Made by a program: the position numbers and the translations under genes. The notes beneath the pieces are model-generated. The model was not told the origin of the DNA, made no database searches, and saw only the letters and a list, made by a program, of their open reading frames with translations. A DNA stretch of 64,000 nucleotides from an uncultured Pseudomonadota bacterium. GTDB taxonomy: Bacteria > Myxococcota_A > UBA796 > SXON01. Numbering within the stretch: the first letter of the stretch is position 1; each line of letters begins with the position of its first letter. Shown here piece after piece: positions 27,068-37,038 of the stretch. The stretch spans positions 55,069 to 119,068 of the forward strand of contig CAIXRH010000025.1 of NCBI GenBank assembly GCA_903921785.1. Reading direction: 5' to 3'.

Positions 27068-27829
27068 TCAGTCGGGGTCGGGGTCGGGAGCGGGCCGCAG
27101 GACCCGCTCCATGAACGCCGCGCGGTTGTTCACGCACGCCTTGAGCACCTGGTACGGCGCGGTGTCTTCGTAGCGGACCTCGGCGATCTCGCCCTCGTCG
27201 AAGGAGAGGATCTGCGCGCCGGGGAGAGCGAGCAGCACTGCCGAGTGGGTGGCGATGATGAACTGGGTGTCGGGCGAGGCGGCGAGGAGTTGGTCGAGGA
27301 CGAGAAGGAACGACAACTGCCGCTGCGGCGAGAGCGCGGCTTCGGGCTCGTCCATCAGGTAGAAGCCGCCCGGGCGGAGGCGGTGCTTCGCGAGGGCCAT
27401 GAACGACTCGCCGTGCGACTGCCGATGGAGGGGAAGGCCGCCGTACTGCGCGAGCATCTCGCGATCCTCGCCCAGGTAGGTGGCGAGGTTGAAGAAGCTC
27501 TCGGCGCGGAGGAAGAACCCGAAGAGCAGCTTTCGGGCCCACGACAGCCGCAGGGCGCCCGCCAGCGGCGCCGAGCTCGCGTTCGCGTCCGTCGTGTCGT
27601 GCCGGATGTGGCGCGAGCCGCCTTCCCGGCCCAGCCCGAAGCTCTCCGCGATCGCCTCGAGGAGCGTGGACTTGCCGCTGCCGTTCTCGCCGACGAAGAA
27701 GCACACCCGCCGGTTCAATTCGATCGTGTCCAGGCGGCGGATCACGGGAACGTCGAACGGATAACGAGCGCCCTCCGGCACCCGCGCCCGCAGCAGGCGG
27801 ACGCTGCGCAAGGGCGGCGGGTCGTCCAT
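27068..27829 (-). CDS. stand-alone SMC/ABC-like AAA ATPase
   Basis: Walker A GENGSGKSTLLEAIA, signature-like SHGESFMAL, Walker B FYLMDEPEAALSP, H-loop ATHS. ATG 27829 (MDDPPPL) preferred to track start 27907. Confidence 0.75.
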   Translation of the reverse strand: MDDPPPLRSVRLLRARVPEGARYPFDVPVIRRLDTIELNRRVCFFVGENGSGKSTLLEAIAESFGLGREGGSRHIRHDTTDANASSAPLAGALRLSWARKLLFGFFLRAESFFNLATYLGEDREMLAQYGGLPLHRQSHGESFMALAKHRLRPGGFYLMDEPEAALSPQRQLSFLLVLDQLLAASPDTQFIIATHSAVLLALPGAQILSFDEGEIAEVRYEDTAPYQVLKACVNNRAAFMERVLRPAPDPDPD

Positions 27830-28237
27830 GCCGAACCGGCGCGTGGGCGGCGGGCTTCTACGCAAGACGACGGACCTCTCGACAGGTGCAGGTAAGCTCC
27901 TGCCCACCCAAGGGCGAGCTCATGCGCTCTTTGCGCGCGTGATCTCCCTGGAGACCCCAGGATCGACGCGACGGTCGACATCGCCGCCGCCCCCGAGCGG
28001 GCGCGGGCCGACGTGCTGCGGTGGCCGGAGTGGACGCCGACCGTCACCGCGGTTCGGCCGCTCGGCGCGCCGAAGGGTAGTCCGGGGCGGATCGCCGAGG
28101 CCGCGGCGGGACGGTGCGCCCACGGCGACAACGCTGGTTCGACGATCGTTGACACCGAGTGACCCGCCGATTACGGCGCGCGGCCCCGAGGGTACCCCCC
28201 CCGGGCGCTCTTTCGGTTTCCCGTCCCAGGCCACCTG

Positions 28238-28468
28238 ATGATCGATCCGAACATCTGGAGGCGCGCGGCGCCCGCCATGGCGCTGGTGAGCGCGATGACC
28301 AGCTCCATGCTGGCCGGCGTGCTCCTCGGCTCCTGGCTGGATCGGCGGTTCAACACTGGACCGTGGTTCACCGCCGGGCTCACCTTCCTGGGGTTCGGGA
28401 TCGGCATCCGCCGCTTGTTGAACGCTTCAACCACTCCCCCCGATGACCCCCCGAACCCTGCTCCGTGA
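28238..28468 (+). CDS. AtpZ/AtpI-like small membrane protein of the F-ATPase operon
   Basis: 76 aa with two TM helices (MALVSAMTSSMLAGVLLGSWLD, WFTAGLTFLGFGIGI), first in line before atpI/atpB/atpE. Confidence 0.65.
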   Translation: MIDPNIWRRAAPAMALVSAMTSSMLAGVLLGSWLDRRFNTGPWFTAGLTFLGFGIGIRRLLNASTTPPDDPPNPAP

Positions 28469-28775
28469 TGCCGCCGTCGCCGCCCTCGTGGTGGTCGTCG
28501 TCGCGTTCGCTTTCGGGCAGCAGCTCGGCCTGGGCGCGCTCGCGGGCGGGCTGGCGGGGCTCGTCAGCCTCCGGGTGCTGGTGATGACCACGGGCGTCGT
28601 CGCCCGCACCGGCGTCCCGGCGCTGCTCGGCGGCAAGACCCTGGTGAGCGCCGCGCTCCTCATTCCCCTTCTCACCATCCTGCCGCCCCTGGCGGTCATG
28701 GCCGGCTTCTTCGCCCCGCTCCTCGCGTTCAGCACGCGCGGGGTGATGGGCGCCGTCGCGGTCAAGGAGTCGTAG
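28443..28775 (+). CDS. atpI: ATP synthase protein I-like membrane protein
   Basis: 110 aa, hydrophobic, immediately upstream of atpB (stop TAG abuts the atpB ATG). Assigned mainly by position. Confidence 0.6.
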   Translation: MTPRTLLRDAAVAALVVVVVAFAFGQQLGLGALAGGLAGLVSLRVLVMTTGVVARTGVPALLGGKTLVSAALLIPLLTILPPLAVMAGFFAPLLAFSTRGVMGAVAVKES

Positions 28776-29582
28776 ATGACCGTCTTCGCCAGCGGATTCT
28801 CCTGGTATCAGCTGCTTCCCGGCGTCGGGGATGGCTCCCTGGGCCACACCCTCGGCCTCGCCACTCCGCACGAAGCCTGGGTCATCCCGGCGGCGTGGGC
28901 GGGCGCGTTCGTGATCCTCGGCGTGGCGGTGCTCGCCCGCATGGGCCTGGAGTCTGCGCTGAAGAAGGATGGGCCGGAGCGCTTCATCCCCGACAGCGGC
29001 TTCACCCCCCGCAACCTCCTGGAGATCTTCGTCGAGGGCTTCTACAACCTCGTCGAGGGCATCCTCGGCCACAAAGAAGCGCCGCGGTTCTTCCCGCTCA
29101 CCGGCTCGATCTTCCTCTACATCGTCGTCAGCAACCTCATGGGGCTCATCCCCGGGCTGCTGCCGGCTACCGAGAACTTCAGCAACAACCTCGCGATGGC
29201 CCTGGTGGTCTTCGTGGTGTTCAACTACGCCGGCCTCTCCCGCAACGGCATGGCGTACATCCGGCACCTCGCCGGTCCGATGCTCGCCGTGGCGCCGCTG
29301 CTGTTCCCGCTCGAAGTGCTCGGCCTGCTCATCCGGCCCGCTTCGCTCACGATTCGACTCACCGCCAACATGTTCGCCGACCACACGGTCAGCATGGTCA
29401 TGCGGCAGGTCAGCGGCGACCTCCTCGGTTGGCTCGGCGCCGCCGTCATCCCCGTCCCCTTCTACGCGCTCGGCTTGTTCGTGTGCGTGATCCAGGGGTT
29501 CGTGTTCAGCCTCCTCTCCACCGCCTACGTGGGTCTGTCCACTGCCGACATGTCCCACGGTCACGACGATCACCACCACTAG
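28776..29582 (+). CDS. atpB: F0F1 ATP synthase subunit a
   Basis: Conserved LTIRLTANMFADH (essential Arg), five or six TM segments, followed by the subunit c gene. Confidence 0.9.
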   Translation: MTVFASGFSWYQLLPGVGDGSLGHTLGLATPHEAWVIPAAWAGAFVILGVAVLARMGLESALKKDGPERFIPDSGFTPRNLLEIFVEGFYNLVEGILGHKEAPRFFPLTGSIFLYIVVSNLMGLIPGLLPATENFSNNLAMALVVFVVFNYAGLSRNGMAYIRHLAGPMLAVAPLLFPLEVLGLLIRPASLTIRLTANMFADHTVSMVMRQVSGDLLGWLGAAVIPVPFYALGLFVCVIQGFVFSLLSTAYVGLSTADMSHGHDDHHH

Positions 29583-29598
29583 TCTCTCTGGAGCTCAC

Positions 29599-29922
29599 AT
29601 GAAGTCCGTCCTCACCACCGCGCTGCGCACCACCGCCCTCTTCGTCGCCACCACCGGCATCGCCCTCGCGACCGATGGCACCGAAATCGGCAAGACCGGC
29701 AACTGGGGCTGGGGCGTCGGCGCCGGCCTCGCGATCGGCGTCGCCGCGCTCGGCGGTGGCCTCGGCCAGGCCCGCACCGCGGCCGCCGCGATCGAAGGCA
29801 TGGCCCGCAACCCCCAGGCCGCCGACAAGCTCCAGACCCCGATGATCCTCGGCCTGGCGTTCATCGAGTCCCTCGTGCTCTTCGGCCTCATCGTCGGCAT
29901 GAAGCTCGCGGGCGTCTTCTAG
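29599..29922 (+). CDS. atpE: F0F1 ATP synthase subunit c
   Basis: Hairpin protein with GLGQARTAAAAIEGMARNPQA loop and carboxylate helix LAFIESLVLFGLIV. Confidence 0.9.
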   Translation: MKSVLTTALRTTALFVATTGIALATDGTEIGKTGNWGWGVGAGLAIGVAALGGGLGQARTAAAAIEGMARNPQAADKLQTPMILGLAFIESLVLFGLIVGMKLAGVF

Positions 29923-29962
29923 TCGGCACGGGCCGGTTCGCCGGCCCACCCCTGGAACCTGT

Positions 29963-30002
29963 CACCCCGTCCGGGTCTCCCGGGCGGGGTGGTTGGCTTT
30001 TT
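29963..30002. terminator. intrinsic terminator after atpE, possibly bidirectional
   Basis: 13-bp stem CACCCCGTCCGGG / CCCGGGCGGGGTG (one G-T pair) followed by GTTGGCTTTTT. The minus-strand protease gene ends at 30013. Confidence 0.7.
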
Positions 30003-30012
30003 GCCGCGTCGC

Positions 30013-31035
30013 TCAGCGCCGGCGGCGGGTGACGAGCGCCAACGCCACCAACGCGCCCGCCCAGCCGAGCGGCGCCGGGGTGCCGCACAGGCCGGACGTG
30101 CCCGCGCCGTAGTCCTCGCCCACCTGGTCCGGGGTGTTCGGCTCGTTGAACGGGGCGTTGCTCGGCGAGCCGTTGTCCGTGCCCCCGCTGTCGGCGGTGC
30201 CGGTGTCGCCCGAGCCGGTGTCCACCGGCCCCGTGTCCTCGGGGTACATCTCGTCGTAGCTGTAGACGGGGACGTAGCCCTCGATCCAGGAGATGTAATG
30301 GTCGACGCGCACGCCGCCGGTGGCGCCGGTCGCGCACGGGGTGTTGCCGCCTGCGATCGAGTAGACGTACCCGTTGACGAGCGAGAGCTCATACATCCCG
30401 TCGCCGAGGATCTCCAAGCCCGCCCCGCCCGAATCCCCAGAGCAGACGTTCTGCTTGTCGACCGGGTCGTAGCCGACCTGCAGGAAGGTGTCGAAGTCGT
30501 AGAGCGGGATGTCGGCGGTGCGCTTCTTCGTGGAGTCCTGGCCGTTGTCGGAGGTGATGCCCCAGCCGACGTAGCGGTAGTCCGTGCCGATCATGCTGTT
30601 CTTGAGGACGTCCTTGTTGACCGGCATCGGATCGATGGAGGTGATCTTGGTGGAGAGCTCCACCAGCGCGATGTCGGCATGCTGAGACGCGGTGTCGTAG
30701 TTGTTCGGGTCCCACCCAGGGTTCTGGTACCAGGCCTTCACCTTGGCGTTGTCGGTCATCCCCGAGGACTTGCTGATGTCGTAGCCGACGATGGCGTAGT
30801 GCTCATTCATGCCCTGGGTTTCATTGTCCTCGAACGCGTCGGCACAATGGGCCGCCGTGAGCACCCACTTCGGGTCGATCAACGTTCCGGAGCAGAAGTT
30901 GTAGCCGTACCCGCGGCTGTCCTGCGAGTACAGGGTGACCACCTGCGGGTAGTCCTTGGTGGTGCTCCCGTTGACGATCGGGGGCGGCGCGGCGGCATAG
31001 GCGAGCGTGAACAGCAAGACCATCGGCGACTCCAC
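30013..31035 (-). CDS. secreted trypsin-like (S1) serine protease with MYXO-CTERM-like sorting tail
   Basis: IVNG..., TAAHC (His), DIALVEL (Asp), GDSGG (Ser). The C-terminus is SGLCGTPAPLGWAGALVALALVTRRRR (Cys, hydrophobic helix, Arg cluster). Confidence 0.85.
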   Translation of the reverse strand: MESPMVLLFTLAYAAAPPPIVNGSTTKDYPQVVTLYSQDSRGYGYNFCSGTLIDPKWVLTAAHCADAFEDNETQGMNEHYAIVGYDISKSSGMTDNAKVKAWYQNPGWDPNNYDTASQHADIALVELSTKITSIDPMPVNKDVLKNSMIGTDYRYVGWGITSDNGQDSTKKRTADIPLYDFDTFLQVGYDPVDKQNVCSGDSGGAGLEILGDGMYELSLVNGYVYSIAGGNTPCATGATGGVRVDHYISWIEGYVPVYSYDEMYPEDTGPVDTGSGDTGTADSGGTDNGSPSNAPFNEPNTPDQVGEDYGAGTSGLCGTPAPLGWAGALVALALVTRRRR

Positions 31036-31128
31036 GCCGTTGGTGTACCCCGGCCCCGCCGTTTCCGCGCCAGGAGATCGTCAGGGGCTTGCCGTGCGGC
31101 GCTGCGGTGGCGAAACTCCCGGCCCCCG

Positions 31129-32445
31129 ATGCGCGACGAACTCCGCAAGCTCCTGGCGCTGGCCTGGCCGACGAGCCTGGGCATGCTCGCGTTCATGGGC
31201 ATGAGCGTGGTGGACACCGTATGCGTCGGCCAGCTCGGCGAAGATGCGCAGGCTGGCGTGGCAATCGCGACCGGCTGGGGGCTCTCCGGCGCGGTGCTGG
31301 CGTTCGGGTCCGTGCGGGCGATCGAGCCGATCGTCGCCCAGTCTCACGGCGAAGGGGACAAACGCTCGGCGGGCGTCGCCCTCGCCCGCATGTTGGCGTT
31401 GTGCCTGCCGCTCTCGATCCTGGCGGCGGGCTGGTACCTCCTCACCCCCTACGGCCTCCGGGCGCTCGGCCAGCCGGAGTCGGTGATCCCCGACGCCACG
31501 ACCTACGCCTGGTGGATGGCGTGGTCCTGGCCCATCGCCATGGTCATCCAGACGGTGCGGACCTTCCTGCAGGCGCTCGGCATCGTGCGCCCCGCGATGG
31601 TCGTCACGGTGATGGGCACGCTGTTGAAGGCCCCCGTGAACCTCGCGTTCATCGAGGGGTGGGGCGGGCTGCCGGCGATGGGCGTCGCGGGGGCGGCGGT
31701 GGGCACCCTGGTGGTGGACGCCGCGATCCTCGCCGTGCTGCTCTGGCTCGTTCGCGGCACGCTCCGTGAGTATTGGCCCGAGGCGCCCGACCTCGGCGCG
31801 GCCCCGGTCCTGCGCCTGCTCGGCCTCGGGCTCCCGCTCGGCGTGCAGATGGGCACCGAGTTCTGGGCCTTCGCCGCAATGGCGATGATGATGGGGTGGA
31901 TCGGGGAGCGCGCGATGGCCGCGCATGCCATCGCGATCAACCTCGCATCCGTGTCCTTCATGATCCCCCTCGGCGTGGCCACCGCCGCATCCGCCCGTGT
32001 CGGGCACCGCTTCGGTGCCGGCGAAGACTGGGGCACCTCCGCGCGCGCGGCGATCGTGCTCGGGGCCTGCACCCAGGTGTTCTCCGGCGCGGTCTTCTGG
32101 CTCCTGGGCTCCTGGCTCGTGCGCCCCTACACGCCCGACCCCGCGGTCCAGGCCCTGGCAGCCTCCCTCCTCCCGATCGCCGCGGCCTTCCAGCTCTTCG
32201 ACGGCATGCAGGTGATCGGCTTCGGCGTGCTCCGCGGCGCGGGGGACGTGCGGGTGCCCACCATCGCCAACCTCGTCGGGTACTACGTCTTCGGGCTGCC
32301 GGTCGGGTACTTCCTCGGCATCCGTGCCGGCTACGGCCCCACCGGCATCTGGTGGGGCATCAGCGTGGGGCTGGCGGTGGTTTCGCTCACGCTCCTCGCC
32401 CGGATCCGAGTGGTGTACCGGCGCGGAGCGGTGCGCGTAAGGTAG
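31129..32445 (+). CDS. MATE-family efflux transporter
   Basis: [37 protein letters not shown] is a typical MATE N-terminus; about 12 TM segments. ATG 31129 chosen inside track ORF 29989-32445. Confidence 0.85.
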   Translation: MRDELRKLLALAWPTSLGMLAFMGMSVVDTVCVGQLGEDAQAGVAIATGWGLSGAVLAFGSVRAIEPIVAQSHGEGDKRSAGVALARMLALCLPLSILAAGWYLLTPYGLRALGQPESVIPDATTYAWWMAWSWPIAMVIQTVRTFLQALGIVRPAMVVTVMGTLLKAPVNLAFIEGWGGLPAMGVAGAAVGTLVVDAAILAVLLWLVRGTLREYWPEAPDLGAAPVLRLLGLGLPLGVQMGTEFWAFAAMAMMMGWIGERAMAAHAIAINLASVSFMIPLGVATAASARVGHRFGAGEDWGTSARAAIVLGACTQVFSGAVFWLLGSWLVRPYTPDPAVQALAASLLPIAAAFQLFDGMQVIGFGVLRGAGDVRVPTIANLVGYYVFGLPVGYFLGIRAGYGPTGIWWGISVGLAVVSLTLLARIRVVYRRGAVRVR

Positions 32446-32456
32446 ACTGCGGGCCC

Positions 32457-34232
32457 ATGTCCGCCCTGGTGCTCCTCCTCCCCGCGCTCGCCGTGCTGGC
32501 GATCGCCTGGCGCTTCTACAGCGCCTTCCTCGCGGCCAAGGTGATGATGCTCGACGGCGAGCGGGTCACCCCCGCGATGGAGCGCAACGACGGCCGGGAC
32601 TACCACCCCACCCACAAGTGGGTGCTCTTCGGGCACCACTTCGCCGCCATCGCCGGCGCGGGGCCCCTCATCGGGCCGGTGCTCGCGGCGCAGTTCGGGT
32701 ATCTCCCTGGCTTCTTGTGGCTGCTGTTTGGGGTGTGCATCGGCGGCGCCGTGCACGACTTCGTGATCCTCGCGGCCTCGGTGCGCCGCGGCGGGCGCTC
32801 GTTGGCGGAGATCGCTCGGGCGGAGGTTTCGCCGACGGCGGGGCTGGTCGCTTCCATCGCGATCTTGTTCATCCTGGTGGTGGCGCTGGCGGGGCTGGCG
32901 CTCGCGGTGGTCAACGCGCTCTCCGAGAGCGCCTGGGGCACCTTCACGGTGGCGATGTCCATCCCGCTCGCGCTCGCGATGGGCGTGTACCTCTACAAGG
33001 TGCGCCCGGGGGACGTGGCCGGCGCGAGCCTCTTCGGGGTGATCGGGATGATCGCCTGTGTCTTCCTTGGTGAGCCGGTCGCCCGCTCGGCCCTCGCGCC
33101 GTACTTCACGCTCTCGCGCGAGGGCATCATCGTCGCGCTCGCCAGCTACGGCTTCATCGCCAGCGTGCTCCCGGTGTGGGTCCTGCTCTGCCCGCGGGAC
33201 TACCTCTCCTCCTACATGAAGCTCGGCACCATCGCCGCGCTCATCGTCGGGGTGATCGTGGTGAACCCCACGATCAAGGCCCCCGCGTTCAGCCAGTTCG
33301 TCGACGGTGGTGGGCCGATCATCCCCGGGAAGGTCTTCCCGTTCGTGTTCATCACGGTCGCCTGCGGGGCGATCTCCGGCTTCCACAGCCTCGTCGCCAG
33401 CGGCACCACGCCCAAGATGATGAAGAACGAGCTCGACGCGCGGGCCATCGGCTACGGCGCGATGCTCCTCGAAGGATTGGTGGGTATCTGCGCGCTCATC
33501 TGCGCGTCGTGCCTGGAGCCTGGAGACTACTACGCGATCAACGTGGCCGCCGAGCCGTTCTCGAAGCTCGGGCTCTCCATGGTGAACCTGCCGACCTTCG
33601 AACACGAGATCGGCGAGGCGATCGCCGGGCGCCCCGGCGGCGCGGTGTCCCTGGCGGTGGGGATGGCTCAGATCTTCTCGGGAATCCCTGGGATGAGCTC
33701 GCTTCTCGGCTACTGGTACCACTTCGCGATCATGTTCGAGGCGCTGTTCATCCTCACCACGATCGACACCGGCACCCGCGTGGCCCGGTTCGTGGTCCAG
33801 GAGTTCCTCGGGCGGTTTTCCCCGAAGCTCGGCCAGACCGACTGGGTCCCGGGCTCGATCCTCTCCACGGCCCTCGTCGTCGGGGGATGGACGTACTTCC
33901 TCGCCACCGGCAACATCAAGACGATCTGGCCGATGTTCGGCATCGCGAACCAGCTCCTCGCGTGCGTGGCGCTGTGCGTCGGGACGGCGGTCATCGTGAA
34001 CGAGGGCCGGCGGCGTTACGCCTGGGTGACCGTGGTCCCGCTCCTCTGGCTCTCGACGACGACGCTCACCGCCGGGTGGCAGAGCGCCACCCGCACCTAC
34101 CTCCCGATGCACACCTTCGACGGGTACCTCAACGCCACGATCATCCTGGTGATGATGGCCTGCCTCGTGGTGGTGGGGGTGGAGACGGCCCGTCGGCTCA
34201 CGCGCACGGCCTCCGCGCCGGCGGCGGCCTGA
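32457..34232 (+). CDS. cstA: carbon starvation protein A (CstA family transporter)
   Basis: [50 protein letters not shown] and [19 protein letters not shown] are strongly CstA-like. ATG 32457. Confidence 0.9.
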   Translation: MSALVLLLPALAVLAIAWRFYSAFLAAKVMMLDGERVTPAMERNDGRDYHPTHKWVLFGHHFAAIAGAGPLIGPVLAAQFGYLPGFLWLLFGVCIGGAVHDFVILAASVRRGGRSLAEIARAEVSPTAGLVASIAILFILVVALAGLALAVVNALSESAWGTFTVAMSIPLALAMGVYLYKVRPGDVAGASLFGVIGMIACVFLGEPVARSALAPYFTLSREGIIVALASYGFIASVLPVWVLLCPRDYLSSYMKLGTIAALIVGVIVVNPTIKAPAFSQFVDGGGPIIPGKVFPFVFITVACGAISGFHSLVASGTTPKMMKNELDARAIGYGAMLLEGLVGICALICASCLEPGDYYAINVAAEPFSKLGLSMVNLPTFEHEIGEAIAGRPGGAVSLAVGMAQIFSGIPGMSSLLGYWYHFAIMFEALFILTTIDTGTRVARFVVQEFLGRFSPKLGQTDWVPGSILSTALVVGGWTYFLATGNIKTIWPMFGIANQLLACVALCVGTAVIVNEGRRRYAWVTVVPLLWLSTTTLTAGWQSATRTYLPMHTFDGYLNATIILVMMACLVVVGVETARRLTRTASAPAAA

Positions 34233-34702
34233 TGGACCGCCTCGCGATCGCCCGCGCTCGGCTGGACGCCCACATCGACCGTGAGGGGCTCAAGCGCACC
34301 CGCCAGCGCGAGAGCATCCTCGAGGCGTTCATCGGCGCCGGCGGCCACGTGAGCGTGGAGGAGCTGCTTCGCGCGGTGCAGCAGAGCGCCCCGGCCACCG
34401 GCGCCGCCACCGTGTACCGCACGCTCAAGGTCTTCGTGGAGGCCGGGATCGCCGGCGAGCGCAACTTCGGCGACGGCCAGGCGCGCTACGAGCCGATCCT
34501 CGAGGACGAACACCACGATCACCTCATCTGCACCGACTGCAACACCATCTTCGAGTTCGAAGACCCGGTGGTGGAGGCGCGGCAGACGGAGGTGGCGACG
34601 GCCCACGGCCTCACGGTTCGCTCCCATCGCCACGAGATCTTCGGCACCTGCACCCTACGCGAGGCGTGCCCGCGCTGGCCGAAAGCCGGCGGCCGATCGT
34701 AG
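34232..34702 (+). CDS. Fur-family transcriptional regulator
   Basis: LKRTRQRESILEAF, SVEELL, ATVYRTLKVFVEAGI (wHTH), HHDHLICTDC (metal site). The ATG shares one base with the cstA TGA. Confidence 0.85.
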   Translation: MDRLAIARARLDAHIDREGLKRTRQRESILEAFIGAGGHVSVEELLRAVQQSAPATGAATVYRTLKVFVEAGIAGERNFGDGQARYEPILEDEHHDHLICTDCNTIFEFEDPVVEARQTEVATAHGLTVRSHRHEIFGTCTLREACPRWPKAGGRS

Positions 34703-34749
34703 CCAGCGCGGGGTTCGGTGGTTAGCGTCGTGGGCTGTCGGGGAACCTG

Positions 34750-35232
34750 GTGCACGCATTCCTGATCACCTTGCACGTCATCCTGAGCCTGCTCCTGGTC
34801 TTCGTGATCTTGATGCAGCCGGGGAAGGGCGCGGACCCTTCGAGCGCGTTCGGCGGAGGTGGCGGAAGCCAGCTCTTCGGCGCCTCGGGTCCGGGCAACC
34901 TGCTCACCCGCGGTACGGGCGTCATCGCCACCCTGTTCATGGTGACCAGCGTCACGCTGGCCTACCAGAGCACGCGCGAGAACGAGCGCGATGCCGGTGG
35001 GGTCGATGAGGGCCTGAAGAAGACCGAGGGCGAGGGCGAAGAAGGCGCTGGCTTCGGCGTCACCCCCGGCGGCGAGAAGCCGACGATCGAGGCCCCGGCC
35101 GGTGCGCCCGCCGATGGCGCCGCGCCCGCGGCTCCGGCCGACGGCGCCACCGCTCCGGCCGACGCGCCCGCCGCCCCCGCGGAAGGCACCCCGGCGCCCA
35201 CCCCGGCCGCGCCCGCGCCCGCCACCCCCTGA
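34750..35232 (+). CDS. secG: preprotein translocase subunit SecG with Ala/Pro-rich C-terminal extension
   Basis: LLLVFVILMQPGKGADPSSAFGGGGGSQLFGASG is the SecG signature. GTG start. 160 aa versus a usual ~110. Confidence 0.8.
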   Translation: MHAFLITLHVILSLLLVFVILMQPGKGADPSSAFGGGGGSQLFGASGPGNLLTRGTGVIATLFMVTSVTLAYQSTRENERDAGGVDEGLKKTEGEGEEGAGFGVTPGGEKPTIEAPAGAPADGAAPAAPADGATAPADAPAAPAEGTPAPTPAAPAPATP

Positions 35233-35291
35233 GCAGAATGTGCGCCCCAGGGCTTGACCGCCCAGGGGTGCAACGCTACATGGTGGTGCCC

Positions 35292-35378
35292 GCGCGGGTG
35301 GCGGAATGGTAGACGCGCTAGTTTGAGGTGCTAGTGGGCTAATACCCCGTGGGGGTTCAAGTCCCCCCTCGCGCACCA
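35292..35378 (+). tRNA. tRNA-Leu (anticodon GAG)
   Basis: Acceptor GCGCGGG/CTCGCGC (one G-T), D-arm GGCGGAATGGTAGACGC, anticodon stem CTAGT/GCTAG with loop TTGAGGT, long variable arm, T-loop GGTTCAAGTCC, encoded CCA. Confidence 0.9.
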
Positions 35379-35382
35379 ACTT

Positions 35383-35418
35383 GGGGCCCATCGGAAACGA
35401 TGGGCCCCGTTGCTTTTT
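35383..35418 (+). terminator. intrinsic terminator after tRNA-Leu
   Basis: 11-bp stem GGGGCCCATCG / CGATGGGCCCC with GAAA loop, followed by GTTGCTTTTT. Confidence 0.8.
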
Positions 35419-35538
35419 GGGCCTCGCGCGGAGGCTGGCCCGCCGCCGGCCGCTCCTCGGGCGCACCCCGCCCCTGCGTGGATGGACCCTCTCGCCGGGC
35501 CGACCCTCGCCATCGACTCGTCCGCCCCTCGCCGTCGG

Positions 35539-36942
35539 CTAGAGCGTCGGCAGGGTCCGGCAGCTCTCGATGATGAGCGGCATCACCGGCTCCAGCTCCT
35601 TGCTCGTCCACTCCTGGGCGCGAAGCACGTCCGGGTAGTCGGGGACGAGGTTGAGCGGATTGAGCGTACGCTCCAGCGGGAAGTAGTGGTTCGCGTAGGC
35701 GATGTTGCGCTGCACGTTCGGCCGCACGATCTGCTGAACCGGGAGGAACATCACGCTGCTCATCCGCGGCGCGAAGCAGTCCAGCGCGAGGAACCAGGCG
35801 TTGCGGCGGGTGATCCGCCCGGCGAGCACGGCGTCGTAGGCCGGCTTCACCGGGACGTTGTTCACGATGCCGCCTTCAACGAGTCGGGTGATGCCGTAGC
35901 GGGCGTAGAGCTCGTCGAGCATCGACTTCATCCGCTGGTCGTCGCGGAGCACGTCGTAGTGGATGAGCCCGGGGATGGACGAGGAGAAGCCGGCGGCGTC
36001 GAGGATGTCAGCGTCCTCGGTCGCGGCGTCCCCGCCGAAGACCACCTCGCGGAGCGCGTCCGGCGAAGCGAGGAGCTCGCGGAGGATGTTCACGACCGCG
36101 GCCACCTTGGCGGCGCGGCTCGGACGCAGGTGGAAGTCGGCGCCGACTGCGTCGTCGAGGAAGTGTTCGTAGTACGTGAGGTCGTGCTTCAGCGCGTCCA
36201 CGCCGAGGCCTGTCGCCACGATGAGCAGCGGGATGTCGAGGTCCCGGAAGGTGAGCGGCCGACCGTCCGGGGTGTGGAAGAGCGAGCCGATCGCGCTGCG
36301 GAGGTAGAGCCGCAGGGTGGCGGGCACGCCGTAGCGGCTCTCGGTCTGGAGGATCCGGAAGACGCCGGGCCAGGTGAGCCGCTGGGCCGCGTGGTACATC
36401 GGCGCGGGATCAAAGACCTTGCGACGGGCGCGAAAGAGCGCGATCAACGCGCCCATCGAGGTGCCGGAGATCATCGAGGGCTGCAGCCCCGCCCGGTGCA
36501 ACGACTGCCAGGCGCCGGCGTAGCCGTAGCCGGCCCCGCCCCCGCCTCCGCACGTGACCACGAGCTTGCGTTCGCAGACCTCGGCGTCGAGGCTCTCGGC
36601 GTCGATCCCGAAGGACTCCAGGAGCCGGCCGCGCTGCTTCCGCGTGTCCTCCACGAGCTTCGGCACGGCCTGCGCCGCCCGGGCCAGGGACGCCTCCTTC
36701 AGCAGCCAGGGCGCCAGCGCCTCGCGGACGCCCCAGGCGAACGACGCCAGGGCCTCGCCCACCTCGTGATCCCGCCCGTCCTTGCCGCGCACAACCTGGA
36801 GCTTGGCGAAGGAGATGACGTAGCGGAGGGCGTCGTAACGGGAGCTGTGCAGCTCACCCGGCCGCGCAAGGTACAGCCTCACCGCCGCCGCATCCAGCGC
36901 TTCGAAGGGCTCCCGGAGCTGACGGAATCGTTCGGCGTCCAT
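35539..36942 (-). CDS. patatin-like phospholipase
   Basis: Oxyanion CGGGGGAGYGYAG and nucleophile elbow GTSMGA. The second catalytic motif reads VEGGIVNNVP (Glu where Asp is usual). Confidence 0.85.
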   Translation of the reverse strand: MDAERFRQLREPFEALDAAAVRLYLARPGELHSSRYDALRYVISFAKLQVVRGKDGRDHEVGEALASFAWGVREALAPWLLKEASLARAAQAVPKLVEDTRKQRGRLLESFGIDAESLDAEVCERKLVVTCGGGGGAGYGYAGAWQSLHRAGLQPSMISGTSMGALIALFRARRKVFDPAPMYHAAQRLTWPGVFRILQTESRYGVPATLRLYLRSAIGSLFHTPDGRPLTFRDLDIPLLIVATGLGVDALKHDLTYYEHFLDDAVGADFHLRPSRAAKVAAVVNILRELLASPDALREVVFGGDAATEDADILDAAGFSSSIPGLIHYDVLRDDQRMKSMLDELYARYGITRLVEGGIVNNVPVKPAYDAVLAGRITRRNAWFLALDCFAPRMSSVMFLPVQQIVRPNVQRNIAYANHYFPLERTLNPLNLVPDYPDVLRAQEWTSKELEPVMPLIIESCRTLPTL

Positions 36943-37038
36943 TGGGCCCCCCCTGGTATCCGAGCGTGGGCCCGGGCGCGTCAGGGGCGTGTCAGGCGCG
37001 GGGTGGCGGCCGCCCGAGGCGACCGCCCCCCTGCGGGC

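Noticed and set aside
27068-27829. Stand-alone SMC/ABC-like AAA ATPase at the right edge of the island as part of a phage-defence system
   Set aside because: There is no partner nuclease, TOPRIM/OLD, helicase or methylase gene next to it. It lies outside the repeats, and the next genes are the atp operon. I see no support for a defence call from the sequence alone.
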